Assembly (NCBI GenBank): GCA_963738405.1
Contig: CAVTWJ010000011.1
Span: 1-64,000 of the forward strand
DNA: 64,000 nucleotides
Direction: 5' to 3'
DNA from: a candidate division FCPU426 bacterium
GTDB taxonomy: Bacteria > Oederibacteriota > Muellerivitia > Muellerivitales > Muellerivitaceae
The translations under genes were made by a program, and so were the position numbers. This document shows positions 9,797 through 21,125 of the stretch, piece by piece. The notes beneath the pieces are model-generated. The model searched no databases, was not told the origin of the DNA, and saw only the letters and a list, made by a program, of their open reading frames with translations. Numbering within the stretch: the stretch's first letter is position 1; every line of letters starts with the position of its first letter.

Positions 9797-10573
9797 ATGG
9801 GTTTCTTGAATGTAGTGGTAGAAAGTAAAGTCGCTACCGTAACCATCAACAATCCTCCCGTAAATGTCCTGACCCAGGCGGTCATGAAAGAACTGGAAGG
9901 GGTTTTTGATGAGTTGGCTGGCAACAAAGACGTTAAGTGCATTGTTCTCACCGGCACGGGACAAACCTTTATCGCTGGGGCCGATATTAAGCACATGGCT
10001 ACGATCCAAACGCCCGAAGACGGCAAAAAGGCGGCCGGGGAAGGCCAGCGCCTCTTTATGAGGATCGAACGTTTCGAAAAACCGGTTATCGCGGCCATCA
10101 ACGGCGTCTGCTTAGGCGGAGGAACCGAATTGGCTCTGGCTTGTCACATCCGCTTTTGCTCCGACCGGGCTAGGCTTGGACAACCCGAAACCAAGTTAGG
10201 GATCATCCCCGGATTTGGCGGCACCCAGCGTTTATCCCGTCTGGTGGGCCGAGCCAAAGCACTCGAATGGATTTTAACCGGCGATAATATCGCCCCCCAG
10301 GATGCCCAAGCGGCGGGGCTGGTGAATCATGTGATACCCGATGGGGAACTTTTGCGGCAGGTTCAGGGTTTCGCCAAAAAGGTGGCCATGCAGCCCATGG
10401 GAGCGCTGAAGCAGGTTTTGATCGCGGTAAGGGACGGGCTTCAGGAACCCAATATGGAAGCCGCTATGAAGATCGAGCTGGATGCCTTTGGCAGGACCTG
10501 CGAGTCCCCTGATATGAAAGAGGGAATCATGTCCTTCATCGAAAAACGACAACCCAAATTCACGGACCTATAA
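9797..10573 (+). CDS. Enoyl-CoA hydratase/isomerase (crotonase family)
   Basis: FIAGADI, CLGGGTELAL, PETKLGIIPGFGGTQRL. Confidence 0.93.
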   Translation: MGFLNVVVESKVATVTINNPPVNVLTQAVMKELEGVFDELAGNKDVKCIVLTGTGQTFIAGADIKHMATIQTPEDGKKAAGEGQRLFMRIERFEKPVIAAINGVCLGGGTELALACHIRFCSDRARLGQPETKLGIIPGFGGTQRLSRLVGRAKALEWILTGDNIAPQDAQAAGLVNHVIPDGELLRQVQGFAKKVAMQPMGALKQVLIAVRDGLQEPNMEAAMKIELDAFGRTCESPDMKEGIMSFIEKRQPKFTDL

Positions 10574-10577
10574 ACCA

Positions 10578-11480
10578 TTGAAAAAACCGGGGAGAGAAAA
10601 TCGAAGGACGAGCTTGAGTAAAAAAGTAAAAGCAAAAAAGCCTTTTCATACCTTAGAAGAACTTCGTGAATCCCAGAGGGAAAACCAATTCAAGGTCGGC
10701 GTCGCCCTTTGCGGGGGCGTGTCCTATGGTGTCGCTCAAATCGGGGTTCTGAAAGCATTGGAGGAGGCGGGCATTCATGTGGACTGCCTGGCAGGTACCA
10801 GCGCGGGAGCCATTATCGCGGCGGGGTATGCCTCGGGTCTTCCCATCGAACGCATCGAGGAAATCGGCATCCAAACCCATTGGGGAGAGCTTTTTTCTTT
10901 CAAAATGTCCCGTAAGGGTTTGGTTTCCTCCGGGCCCATTGAGGAATACATTCGAAAATATTTCAAAGTCGCGACCTTTGAAGAGCTCAAGAAACCCCTA
11001 GCAGTGGTAACGACCGATATTTGCTCGGGCGAGGAAGTGGTTTTTACCCAAGGCTCCTTGGATAAGGCGGTAAGGGCTTCCTGTTCGATCCCTGGTATCT
11101 ACGTGCCTGTGGAGATGGAGGGCCGCCAATTGGTGGATGGGGGCATGGCGGAAAATGTGCCGGTTCAGGCCCTGAAGAGCCTGGGGGCCGACGTGGTGAT
11201 CGCCTGCAATGTCTTCGGCCATCCCCAGGTTTTTCCCCCGGCCAGCAATGTGTTTCAGATTCTCATGCGGGTATGGTATTTCTTCGTGGCGGAGGAACAT
11301 GCCTGGCGGGAATCGGCGGATGTCATCATCGAGCCGGACCTACGCACCTACGACCTTTTCGATTTCCATGAGGGTAAAGCCCTTATCGAAAAAGGGCGCA
11401 AAGAAGCCCAAAAGCACATCCCCAAGCTTCAGCAGGTCATCCAAAGGCGCTTTTACCTGAGGCCTGAAATCTACCGCTAG
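10578..11480 (+). CDS. Patatin-like phospholipase/esterase
   Basis: Gly-rich loop CGGVSYG, GTSAG nucleophile, DGG motif. Confidence 0.88.
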   Translation: MKKPGRENRRTSLSKKVKAKKPFHTLEELRESQRENQFKVGVALCGGVSYGVAQIGVLKALEEAGIHVDCLAGTSAGAIIAAGYASGLPIERIEEIGIQTHWGELFSFKMSRKGLVSSGPIEEYIRKYFKVATFEELKKPLAVVTTDICSGEEVVFTQGSLDKAVRASCSIPGIYVPVEMEGRQLVDGGMAENVPVQALKSLGADVVIACNVFGHPQVFPPASNVFQILMRVWYFFVAEEHAWRESADVIIEPDLRTYDLFDFHEGKALIEKGRKEAQKHIPKLQQVIQRRFYLRPEIYR

Positions 11481-11551
11481 TTTTGAGCTGTTCTTATTTC
11501 CACAATGCCTTGAAATGGCCTTTTATCGGCTTTCTTTGTCCCTCTCCCTCC

Positions 11552-11581
11552 TTGACGCCTCAATAGCCTTGTCCTTATAGT
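11552..11581 (+). promoter_or_regulatory. Putative sigma-70 promoter of groESL
   Basis: TTGACG (11552) - 18 bp - TATAGT (11576), just upstream of CIRCE. Confidence 0.6.
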
Positions 11582-11590
11582 AACGCCGCC

Positions 11591-11617
11591 TTAGCACTCG
11601 CTTGTCTTGAGTGCTAA
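11591..11617. promoter_or_regulatory. CIRCE element (HrcA operator)
   Basis: Perfect TTAGCACTC-N9-GAGTGCTAA upstream of groES. Confidence 0.97.
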
Positions 11618-11704
11618 TCAGATGTTTCGGACGCAAATAAACAAGATTCATTTCCCGGAGGCCTTTTGAAGGGCTTCGGGATTCAAAAAACAGGAGGTTG
11701 GTTG

Positions 11705-11995
11705 ATGAAATTCCGTCCTTTGTACGACCGCATTATGGTTGAGCGTGTGGAAGAGGAAGAAAAGACCAAGACCGGGATCATTATCCCCGACGCGGCCCGC
11801 GAGAAACAGCAGAAGGGCAAGGTCATTTCAGTAGGGAAGGGCCGAGTCAACGAAAAGGGCGAAGTGATTCCTCTGATCGTGAAGGAAGGGGACGTGGTCC
11901 TCTTCGAGAAATACGGCGGGGAAGACCTCAAGATCGACGGCAAAGAATACGTGGTTTTGAAAGAAGAAAGCGTCGTTGGAATCATCGAAGGTTAA
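11705..11995 (+). CDS. groES: Co-chaperonin GroES
   Basis: MKFRPLYDRI..GIIIPD..; GGAGG RBS; upstream of groEL. Confidence 0.97.
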   Translation: MKFRPLYDRIMVERVEEEEKTKTGIIIPDAAREKQQKGKVISVGKGRVNEKGEVIPLIVKEGDVVLFEKYGGEDLKIDGKEYVVLKEESVVGIIEG

Positions 11996-12034
11996 TTCAA
12001 ACCCAGTTTAAAAAAACTTTTAAACATTCAATAA

Positions 12035-13693
<1,659 letters not shown>

Positions 13694-13720
13694 ACCGAAC
13701 CGAAAGTTAAGAAGTTTTTC

Positions 13721-13757
13721 AAAGCCCCCGGCGGAAGCGCCGGGGGCTTTTTTATTT
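13721..13757 (+). terminator. Rho-independent terminator after groEL
   Basis: AAAGCCCCCGGCG-GAAG-CGCCGGGGGCTTT followed by T-run. Confidence 0.9.
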
Positions 13758-13972
13758 CTCAAAGCGTTATGAGGAAGTAAATCACGGGCCCGTAAAAAAA
13801 TCGATTACCGTCTCAAGTTCTTGCCAGTCGGAACGTTCAACTTCACGGAAAATATTTTCAATGTTAAACGACTGGGTGGATGTTACTTCCGTCTTACGGT
13901 TTTTTTACGGGAACTTGCATCTTCCTCGTCACAATCCCTACAGCAGTTCAATCAAACGGGGAGGTCGTGAAG

Positions 13973-14950
13973 ATGAGGAATTATTTCTTGTTGTTGGCAG
14001 GTTTAGCCCTGGCGGTTGTTGGCTGTAACGCCAGTTCCACGCCCACGATGAACGGCTCGTCCAACGCCAATGCGCAGTCGGTTTCTTCCGTTCCGCAGAA
14101 CAATTCAATTACCTCGAATGACCGTAGCGATCGGGGTGATTTCGAGCGCTACAAGCACGTGGTGGTGGTGATTGAGGAAAACCACAGCTTCGGAGAGGTC
14201 GTGGGGGACGCCAATATGCCCTATTTCAACAACACCCTGGTCGCTCATGGCGCCCTGATGACGGATTCCCACGGCGCCACCCATCCCAGCGAACCCAATT
14301 ATTTGGCTTTGTTCGACGGGTCTTTTTACGGGATCCAGGATGACAGCTGCGGCAATACCGTCCCGGCCAATTCCCCGAATCTGGCGGCGGCCTTGATGGC
14401 GCATCACAAAACCTTCGCCATTTATTCGGAAGACTTGCCAGCCCAGGGTTCCACCACCTGCACCTATACGCCTCCAGCATTGGAGACCGCTACGGGTGAT
14501 GCTGCCGCGGGTTACCGGGAAAAGCACAATCCTTACGTGTTCTTCCAAATTGCGGGAACCCTTCCGCCGGAAGGGAACAAGACCTTCGCCCAATTCCCCC
14601 AGGGCGATTTTGACGACCTGCCCACAGTATCCTTTGTGGTGCCGGACCAATGGCACGATGAACACGACGGAACGGATGTGTTGTGCGATCAATGGCTCCA
14701 ACAAAACATCTCAGCTTATAACGAGTGGGCCAAGTGGCACGACAGCTTGTTGGTTGTCACCTGGGATGAGGACGATTTCACGGTCGTGAACCAGATCGCG
14801 ACGGTGTTTACAGGAGCGGGTGTGAAACCCGGCCAATACAGCCAGACGATTAGCCACTACAACGTGCTTCGCACGATTGAGGATCTGTTCCACCTAGATC
14901 CGAGCAACAATGCGGCGACTGCGGCCCCCATTCAGGGTATTTTCCGCTAA
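13973..14950 (+). CDS. Phosphoesterase-family acid phosphatase, lipoprotein
   Basis: Lipobox VVGC; HVVVVIEENHS, THPSEPNY, KHNP, VTWDED; GGAGG RBS. Confidence 0.88.
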   Translation: MRNYFLLLAGLALAVVGCNASSTPTMNGSSNANAQSVSSVPQNNSITSNDRSDRGDFERYKHVVVVIEENHSFGEVVGDANMPYFNNTLVAHGALMTDSHGATHPSEPNYLALFDGSFYGIQDDSCGNTVPANSPNLAAALMAHHKTFAIYSEDLPAQGSTTCTYTPPALETATGDAAAGYREKHNPYVFFQIAGTLPPEGNKTFAQFPQGDFDDLPTVSFVVPDQWHDEHDGTDVLCDQWLQQNISAYNEWAKWHDSLLVVTWDEDDFTVVNQIATVFTGAGVKPGQYSQTISHYNVLRTIEDLFHLDPSNNAATAAPIQGIFR

Positions 14951-14970
14951 TCCTATTAACAGGTTGAACC

Positions 14971-15007
14971 AAGCCCCCTCCGGGATTCCCGGTGGGGGCT
15001 TTTTTTA
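14971..15007 (+). terminator. Rho-independent terminator
   Basis: AAGCCCCCTCCGGGA-TTCCCGGTGGGGGCTT followed by T-run. Confidence 0.8.
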
Positions 15008-15032
15008 TGCTTTCGAAGTCAAAGCGGTGGCG

Positions 15033-15061
15033 TTGACACTCCCGGATTCAAACCCTATCAT
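15033..15061 (+). promoter_or_regulatory. Putative sigma-70 promoter
   Basis: TTGACA - 17 bp - TATCAT upstream of the FmdB-like gene. Confidence 0.65.
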
Positions 15062-15093
15062 TAAGTTGACTTACAGAGAAAAGGGGAAAAACC

Positions 15094-15369
15094 ATGCCGA
15101 ATTATGATTATGCCTGTGAAAAATGCGGGCGTTTTGAGGTTTGGCAATCCATCAAGGATAACGCCCTTTCCGCATGCCCCACTTGTGGGGCCAAGGTGGA
15201 AAGATTGATTTCCGCCAATGTGGGCTTCATTTTGAAGGGGTCGGGGTTTTACCAGAACGACTATAAAAATCATCCCGCTCCGGCGGTTGAGTCTAAACCC
15301 GAAGTTTGTGCCGCTCCGCCCGATAATTGCTGTGGGGGTTCCTGCGGAACCGCTTCGATGGATAATTAA
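15094..15369 (+). CDS. FmdB-family zinc-ribbon protein
   Basis: MPNYDYACEKCG...CPTCG...KGSGFY; Cys-rich tail. Confidence 0.88.
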   Translation: MPNYDYACEKCGRFEVWQSIKDNALSACPTCGAKVERLISANVGFILKGSGFYQNDYKNHPAPAVESKPEVCAAPPDNCCGGSCGTASMDN

Positions 15370-15395
15370 GCTAAAGACCTATTTGGGAGTTCAAA

Positions 15396-15581
15396 ATGGC
15401 GCCAGGCTGGATTATTGGAATTGTCGCGGGTTATGTTTTGTTCAATCTTGGATTGTGGAAATCTGATTCAACCCCCAAACCGGAGGATACCCTCTGGGCC
15501 CTGGTTATGTTGGGCGGCACCCTCCTGATGTTTCTTTCCGTTCTTTTATGGGCTGTTCCCAATTTTTTTTCCGCGACCTAA
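15396..15581 (+). CDS. Small hypothetical membrane protein
   Basis: Two hydrophobic helices; GGGAG RBS. Confidence 0.6.
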   Translation: MAPGWIIGIVAGYVLFNLGLWKSDSTPKPEDTLWALVMLGGTLLMFLSVLLWAVPNFFSAT

Positions 15582-15608
15582 TTTTCATATCCCTTTTCGA
15601 GGCATTCT

Positions 15609-15956
15609 TTGAAAGAACTTATTTCGGAAGAACAGGCCAATTGGATCATCCTGGGGCTCTCCATCCTCATCGCGCTGGGTGGTTTGGGATATGGCTTTTT
15701 CTTTTCGGCTTCCAACAAAAGCGAGGGCAAGTCAGCCCATTGGGCCAGGGCCTTGTTGGTGACGGTCGCTGGGCCGACGGTATGGGGTTTTTGGAGCGTT
15801 TATAATTCCATTGAGAATTACTACGGTTTGGACTCGCTCAAAGCGCTTGGCATCAACTTTCTCATTTCCATTTCCCTGGGCCTGTTGTTTTTCATTCTTT
15901 TCTCATATGTGCCCCGATGGGTCTCCAAATCCAAATCGGGAAGCCCCGGCCGGTGA
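15609..15956 (+). CDS. Hypothetical membrane protein (3 TM)
   Basis: Three hydrophobic segments; co-oriented in operon. Confidence 0.6.
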   Translation: MKELISEEQANWIILGLSILIALGGLGYGFFFSASNKSEGKSAHWARALLVTVAGPTVWGFWSVYNSIENYYGLDSLKALGINFLISISLGLLFFILFSYVPRWVSKSKSGSPGR

Positions 15957-16009
15957 TTAATATCTTTTCGTGGCAAAACTCCAGGCAGCCTGAAATCGTC
16001 TAAACATCC

Positions 16010-16891
16010 ATGAATCCCTCCGATCCCCTTTCCGTCTTACGAGAAGTCAAACGTTTGGAACTTGTCACCCGAGGGGCGGTGGATACCCTCCTCAAGGGAT
16101 CCTATAAAAGCACCTTTCGAGGCCAAGGCCTGGAATTTCACCAGGTCCGGGAATACGACCCCCAGGATGATTCGCGTACCATTGATTGGAACGTCACCGC
16201 CCGCCTGAACGCCCCCTATGTCAAAACCTTCGTCGAGGAAAGGGAACTGCAAGTTATTCTGGCGTTGGACCTTTCGGCCTCCCTCTGGTACGGAACAGGC
16301 CCATTTAGTAAAAGGGAAACCGCCCTGCGGCTTTGCGCGCTTCTGGCTTTCGCGGCGGTCCAGCACCAGGACCGGGTGGGCTTGTTGGTTTTCACCGACC
16401 GGGTGGAATATTATTCCCCGCCCAAAAGAGGCAAGGCTGCCACTTTAGGATTACTTCGAACCCTTATTTCTTTCAAACCAACGGGTAAAAAAACATTATT
16501 CCGCCCGGCCCTGAGAATGCTGACCAAGGTACTTCGGCGTCGAAGCGTCTTGTTCTGGATATCAGATTTCACTGAGCCGATCCCCATGGAAGAAGCCAGC
16601 TTCCTCGCCAAAAGGCATGACATGGTGGCGGCGGTATTGAAAGATCCTTTAGAAACAGGACTCAAGCTTCCCGCCCGTGTGGCGGTCCGCGACCCCGAGA
16701 CGGGAAAAGTGGGGTTTCTCTCGCCCGGTTCCCAAAAGGCCTACCAAAAAGCAGATCAGTTCCGAGAAGCCCAATTGAAGGCGCTGACTTCCAAGGGCGT
16801 GGACCGCCTCGATTTAACCGCGGGGGCCGGCGTGGTGACGGCCCTGAAGGGCTTCTTCAAAACCCGCATGGAACGAATGGGGAGGCGTTGA
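16010..16891 (+). CDS. DUF58 family protein (MoxR-associated, vWA-like)
   Basis: GLEFHQVREY..DDSRTIDWNVTAR, EEREL, DLSAS. Confidence 0.92.
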   Translation: MNPSDPLSVLREVKRLELVTRGAVDTLLKGSYKSTFRGQGLEFHQVREYDPQDDSRTIDWNVTARLNAPYVKTFVEERELQVILALDLSASLWYGTGPFSKRETALRLCALLAFAAVQHQDRVGLLVFTDRVEYYSPPKRGKAATLGLLRTLISFKPTGKKTLFRPALRMLTKVLRRRSVLFWISDFTEPIPMEEASFLAKRHDMVAAVLKDPLETGLKLPARVAVRDPETGKVGFLSPGSQKAYQKADQFREAQLKALTSKGVDRLDLTAGAGVVTALKGFFKTRMERMGRR

Positions 16892-17988
16892 TGATCCCCG
16901 AGGGTTTTCATTTCGCCGATCCCCAGTGGCTTCTTCTAGCGGCGCTTATTCCTCTGGCGCTGGCCGCTTTTTTTATTTCCGCTCGATTCAAGGTTTCTAC
17001 TCTCTATCTGGGGAACCCTCAGCTTGTGGATGCCGCACCAGGTTTTTGGTCGGGGGTTTGGCTGCCCTGGCTTTTGCGTTTATTGGTGCTTTTGCTTTGT
17101 ATTGTGGCGGCCGCCAGGCCTCAATCGGGCCAGAAAAAGGTCGAGCAAAAAAGGCAGGTCACCGATCTTTTTGTGGCCTTCGATGTTTCCTCTTCTATGG
17201 TCACCGATGATTTGAAACCCAATCGGGTTATGGCCGCTAAAAGGTTATTAAGCGAATTTTTGGATAAAGTTCAAGATATCCGAGTAGGTTTGACAGTCTT
17301 CGCCCGAATTAGCTTTACACAATGCCCCTTGACCACAGATTTGCGCGTAGTTAAGGAACTTCTCTCCGATGTGGATATTAATTCTGTGAGATTGGATGGA
17401 ACGGCGATTGGGGATGCCTTGGTTTCCAGTCTGAATAGACTTCAAGAAGGGTCGGGAAAATCCGCAGATGAGGAAAATAAAAAACCTTCGTTCGTTGAAA
17501 AATTTCTGCCAAAGTCGGTATCAACGGAAGATACGCCTCCCAAGGATACTCAAGCCATACTTCTATTAACCGATGGAGGCAATAACGCAGGGATGGTGGA
17601 CCCCTTGACGGCAGCCCGTATTTGCGCCTCTAAGGGCGTGAAGGTCTACGCCATCGGGGTGGGCGCCGCTGGTTCCTCTACTTATTTTTATCAGGGCCAG
17701 ACTTTCGCAAGAACGGATCCTTATGGAAATCCGGTTCCGGAAGAAGGTGTGGATAAGGTGCTTTTGACAGAAATCGCACGAATCACGGGGGGGAAGGTTT
17801 ACTTTGCCCAAAACAATCAGGCGCTTCAAAACGTCTTAAAAGACATCGCCCAACTTGAAAAAAGGGATGTGTCCACTGTCACCAGCTGGCAATACGATGA
17901 ATTGGGATGGTGGTTCCTTCTGGCGGCTTTCCTGTTTCTGCTTTTGGATATAGGTCTGGAAACCACGGTTTTAAGGACCCTGCCATGA
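16888..17988 (+). CDS. batA: BatA-like vWA membrane protein
   Basis: FADP N-terminus, AARPQ, MIDAS DVSSSM, GTAIGDA, LLTDG, C-terminal TM. Confidence 0.85.
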   Translation: MMIPEGFHFADPQWLLLAALIPLALAAFFISARFKVSTLYLGNPQLVDAAPGFWSGVWLPWLLRLLVLLLCIVAAARPQSGQKKVEQKRQVTDLFVAFDVSSSMVTDDLKPNRVMAAKRLLSEFLDKVQDIRVGLTVFARISFTQCPLTTDLRVVKELLSDVDINSVRLDGTAIGDALVSSLNRLQEGSGKSADEENKKPSFVEKFLPKSVSTEDTPPKDTQAILLLTDGGNNAGMVDPLTAARICASKGVKVYAIGVGAAGSSTYFYQGQTFARTDPYGNPVPEEGVDKVLLTEIARITGGKVYFAQNNQALQNVLKDIAQLEKRDVSTVTSWQYDELGWWFLLAAFLFLLLDIGLETTVLRTLP

Positions 17989-18989
17989 GCGGTGGAAATT
18001 GGATTCTGGCTAATCGGGACGGCCTGGTTCCCCTGACTTTGGCCTTTTTATTAATTATGGGGTTGGGAATCTGGACCCTGTGGAGGGATCGGAGGGATCT
18101 GGATTTATTAGGTAAACAAAATTTGGTTTGGCATCCCTTGTGGGTCTGGGCCCGGCGTTGCGTGAAGGGGATTTTGGCCCTGTCGGCACTTGGATTTCTT
18201 TTATTTGGAGCGGCGCGGTTACAGGGAAAACCTACCCCTCAGGACATCAATTTGGCCGGGTCCGACATCATGATCGTGCTCGACGTCTCCAAGAGCATGC
18301 TGACACAGGATCTTGTTCCCAATCGGTTGGAAGCCGCCAAGAAGGCCTTGATGAATTGGTGTTCGGGTCGTCAGGGCGACCGAATCGGATTGGTGATTTT
18401 CGCGGGCGAGGCGTTAGTTCAAGTGCCGCTCACCCAAGATATGGACGCCCTCTCGCTGGTTTTGGCTAAAGCGGACCCGGACGAGGTGGATAGGGGTGGC
18501 ACGGATATCGGGGAGGGGATTCAAACAGCACTAGATTCTTTCGGCAAAGACGAAGATAAAAAAAGGGGTAAGGCTATCATCCTAATTACGGATGGCGAGA
18601 TTACTGAAGGGTCAGCCATCCTTCCCAAGGTTCTTGAGAGGGCAAAACAGATGAATGTACCCATCGTTACTGTTGGAATGGGGACTCCCGAAGGTAGGGC
18701 TATCCCCGACGGAACGGCTTTTTGGGGTGAGGTTACCTATAAAAAAGACACCAACGGGGCCATCCATATCAGCCGATTGGATGAGAAAACCCTGCACCAA
18801 ATCGCCGATTCGACCCAGGGAACCTACATTGCTGGAAGCAGCGAAGAAAATCTGAACGCTATCGATCCAGCCATGGATAAGCTTCAAAAAACCGAAATGA
18901 AGGGTCAAGGCGGACTCAAACGTGAAGAACTCTCCCCCCGGCTGGCCCTGGGCGCGGCCTTTACCCTTTTGCTTTCTTCGGTTTTATAG
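17985..18989 (+). CDS. batB: BatB-like vWA membrane protein
   Basis: DVSKSM MIDAS, PNRLEAAK, GTDIG, ITDGE; ATGA overlap with batA. Confidence 0.85.
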   Translation: MSGGNWILANRDGLVPLTLAFLLIMGLGIWTLWRDRRDLDLLGKQNLVWHPLWVWARRCVKGILALSALGFLLFGAARLQGKPTPQDINLAGSDIMIVLDVSKSMLTQDLVPNRLEAAKKALMNWCSGRQGDRIGLVIFAGEALVQVPLTQDMDALSLVLAKADPDEVDRGGTDIGEGIQTALDSFGKDEDKKRGKAIILITDGEITEGSAILPKVLERAKQMNVPIVTVGMGTPEGRAIPDGTAFWGEVTYKKDTNGAIHISRLDEKTLHQIADSTQGTYIAGSSEENLNAIDPAMDKLQKTEMKGQGGLKREELSPRLALGAAFTLLLSSVL

Positions 18990-18998
18990 GAAAGAGAA

Positions 18999-20021
18999 AT
19001 GAAAACACATACCCTTTTTAATCAACAAATTCTTTTGTTCGTCCTACTCATCTCATGTTTGCCAGTGTCTGTCCTCGCTGACAGTCTTTCGGAAGGAGTG
19101 GAAGCTTACAATAATAAAGATTACCCTCAGGCTGAAAAGATTTTCGGGGAAGAAGCACAACGGAATCCATCGGATGCGGCTGCGGCCTATGGCTGGGGAA
19201 ACTCTCTTTATCAACAGGGAAAATTTCCCGAAGCTCAAAAAGCATATGAGCAGGTATTGGGGCAAAAGCCGAATCTTGAATCGGCTTGGTACAACCTTGG
19301 AAACAGTTATGTACAGCAACAAAGATATAAAGACGCTCTTGAGGCGTACCAAAAAGCCCATCAACTCGATCCCAAGGACATGGATGTCGAACACAACTTG
19401 AACTACGCCCAAAAAAAGTTAAATGAAAATCCAAGCTCCGATCGAAGCGACGAAATGCGTAAGGAAGAACAAAAACAACAAGCCATGCAAACGCCGGTCG
19501 CGGCAATGGTTTCTCCCGAACCGACTTTAGTTACCCCCGTCGCCACAATGGTTTCGCCTGTGCCAACTTTTGGAACCCCGCCCCCAGATCGAAAAAATGA
19601 ACAGGAAGATGAAAATTCAGATAATAAGGTCAAGGACCCAAACGCTAAAAAGAAATATCAGTCCCAGGGAAAATCGAATCAGGCAATGCAGGACAAAAAT
19701 GCCAAACAACAAATGCAGCAACAGCAGGCTGAACAGAAGCGCCAGCAAGAAGCCGCCCAGCAACGCCAGCAGGATGCCCAAAGGCAGGAAGAAGCGAAAA
19801 AACAAATGGGCTTAACGGATGATCAGGTGAAAAACCTGATGGCCCAGCTTCAAAAGCAAGAGGGACAAGCCCAGCACTTCTATTCTCCCCGTCCGGACCG
19901 TGAAAGGAAGAAACAGCAAAATGACATCTGGAACTTTTTGCCTAGGGAAAACCAGGAGTTTATGAAGAAGTTTTTTGGAGGACCCAGCGGAGATAAGGAT
20001 CAGCCAGCTGAGGATTGGTAA
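18999..20021 (+). CDS. batC: BatC-like TPR protein with Gln-rich tail
   Basis: Signal peptide, TPRs (AWYNLGNSY), Q-rich region, terminal EDW. Confidence 0.8.
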   Translation: MKTHTLFNQQILLFVLLISCLPVSVLADSLSEGVEAYNNKDYPQAEKIFGEEAQRNPSDAAAAYGWGNSLYQQGKFPEAQKAYEQVLGQKPNLESAWYNLGNSYVQQQRYKDALEAYQKAHQLDPKDMDVEHNLNYAQKKLNENPSSDRSDEMRKEEQKQQAMQTPVAAMVSPEPTLVTPVATMVSPVPTFGTPPPDRKNEQEDENSDNKVKDPNAKKKYQSQGKSNQAMQDKNAKQQMQQQQAEQKRQQEAAQQRQQDAQRQEEAKKQMGLTDDQVKNLMAQLQKQEGQAQHFYSPRPDRERKKQQNDIWNFLPRENQEFMKKFFGGPSGDKDQPAEDW

Positions 20022-20123
20022 AACCTTTCGGGGAAACTTTGTGCCTGTTAGGGGTAAAATACGCGGGTTTCGGGAATGGGTGAAATTGAAATGACTAAGC
20101 TATTTAAAACTGGAAGGAAAAGC

Positions 20124-21107
20124 ATGAAACGCATTGGAATTAAGGAATGGTTCCCTTGGGCGGCGATGTTCTTGTTTCTTTTATCCGCCCTGCCCTCGCC
20201 TGCCCAGACGCCCTCTCAGGGAGAGGAAGTCGGCCTTCGGATGGACGTGGATAAACGCCAGGTAGAGGTGGGGGAAAGCCTATCCCTCACGATTGAATTC
20301 AAGCAATTGGCGGTGGGCGGGAACAACATGTCCTCCGAGCCGAATTTCCCAACTCCTGAGCTATTTCAGGCCCGGGGCAGTTTTACCTCCAGCCAAGTTA
20401 CGATCGTAAACCAACAGACAGCCCAAACGACCACGACCCATTTGACCCTGGTGGCGGTCAAGCCAGGAACCGAATCCCTGGGCCCGGCCAGCATCATCTT
20501 TCAGGACCCCCAAGGGAAAAGACGGGAAATTACCTCTAATGTGATTAATGTGACGGTCACGGAAAAGAAGGGGTTCTCACTGTTTGGCGGGTCCAAATCA
20601 GAGCCGACTCCCGCAGCGCAGTCATCCCAGCCTCCGGACGACGGTTTGCGGGATGTGAAACCCCTTTTACCCGATCCGCTTCTTTGGTTGTTTAAGGCGG
20701 GGTTGGTAATCCTGATTATTTTGCTAATCGTGGGATATGTTTTGTGGAAAGTCTGGGGCCCCAAGAAAAAGACTCTCAAGGCCACGCCGATCCTGGGACA
20801 GGAAGGGCGTTTGCGGGAAGCTTGGAAGAAATTGGCGGATGAAGAACTTTCCGCCGATGATTTTTGCCGGTCCCTTTCCTCGATTATCCGGGAATGTTTG
20901 GAATATCATTTCGGGTTCTCGGCTTTGGATTTCACGACCGAAGAAATTTTCCGCGAGTTGAAGAATCACAAGCTTACGGACAAACAAACGGAAACCGTTG
21001 AAAAATGCCTCAAGGCCTGTGACCGGGTTCTTTATGCCGATGGAAACCTAACGGGGAGGGATACCCTGCGTTCCCTTGCCTCAAGCTTATTGCCGAAGAT
21101 TCAATAA
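20124..21107 (+). CDS. BatD-like Ig-domain protein with TM and cytoplasmic tail
   Basis: VDKRQVEVGESLSLTI BatD-type start; TM helix; C-terminal LSSIIRECLE..ALDFTTEE motif. Confidence 0.65.
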   Translation: MKRIGIKEWFPWAAMFLFLLSALPSPAQTPSQGEEVGLRMDVDKRQVEVGESLSLTIEFKQLAVGGNNMSSEPNFPTPELFQARGSFTSSQVTIVNQQTAQTTTTHLTLVAVKPGTESLGPASIIFQDPQGKRREITSNVINVTVTEKKGFSLFGGSKSEPTPAAQSSQPPDDGLRDVKPLLPDPLLWLFKAGLVILIILLIVGYVLWKVWGPKKKTLKATPILGQEGRLREAWKKLADEELSADDFCRSLSSIIRECLEYHFGFSALDFTTEEIFRELKNHKLTDKQTETVEKCLKACDRVLYADGNLTGRDTLRSLASSLLPKIQ

Positions 21108-21125
21108 AACAGAGAGGGAGATCCT

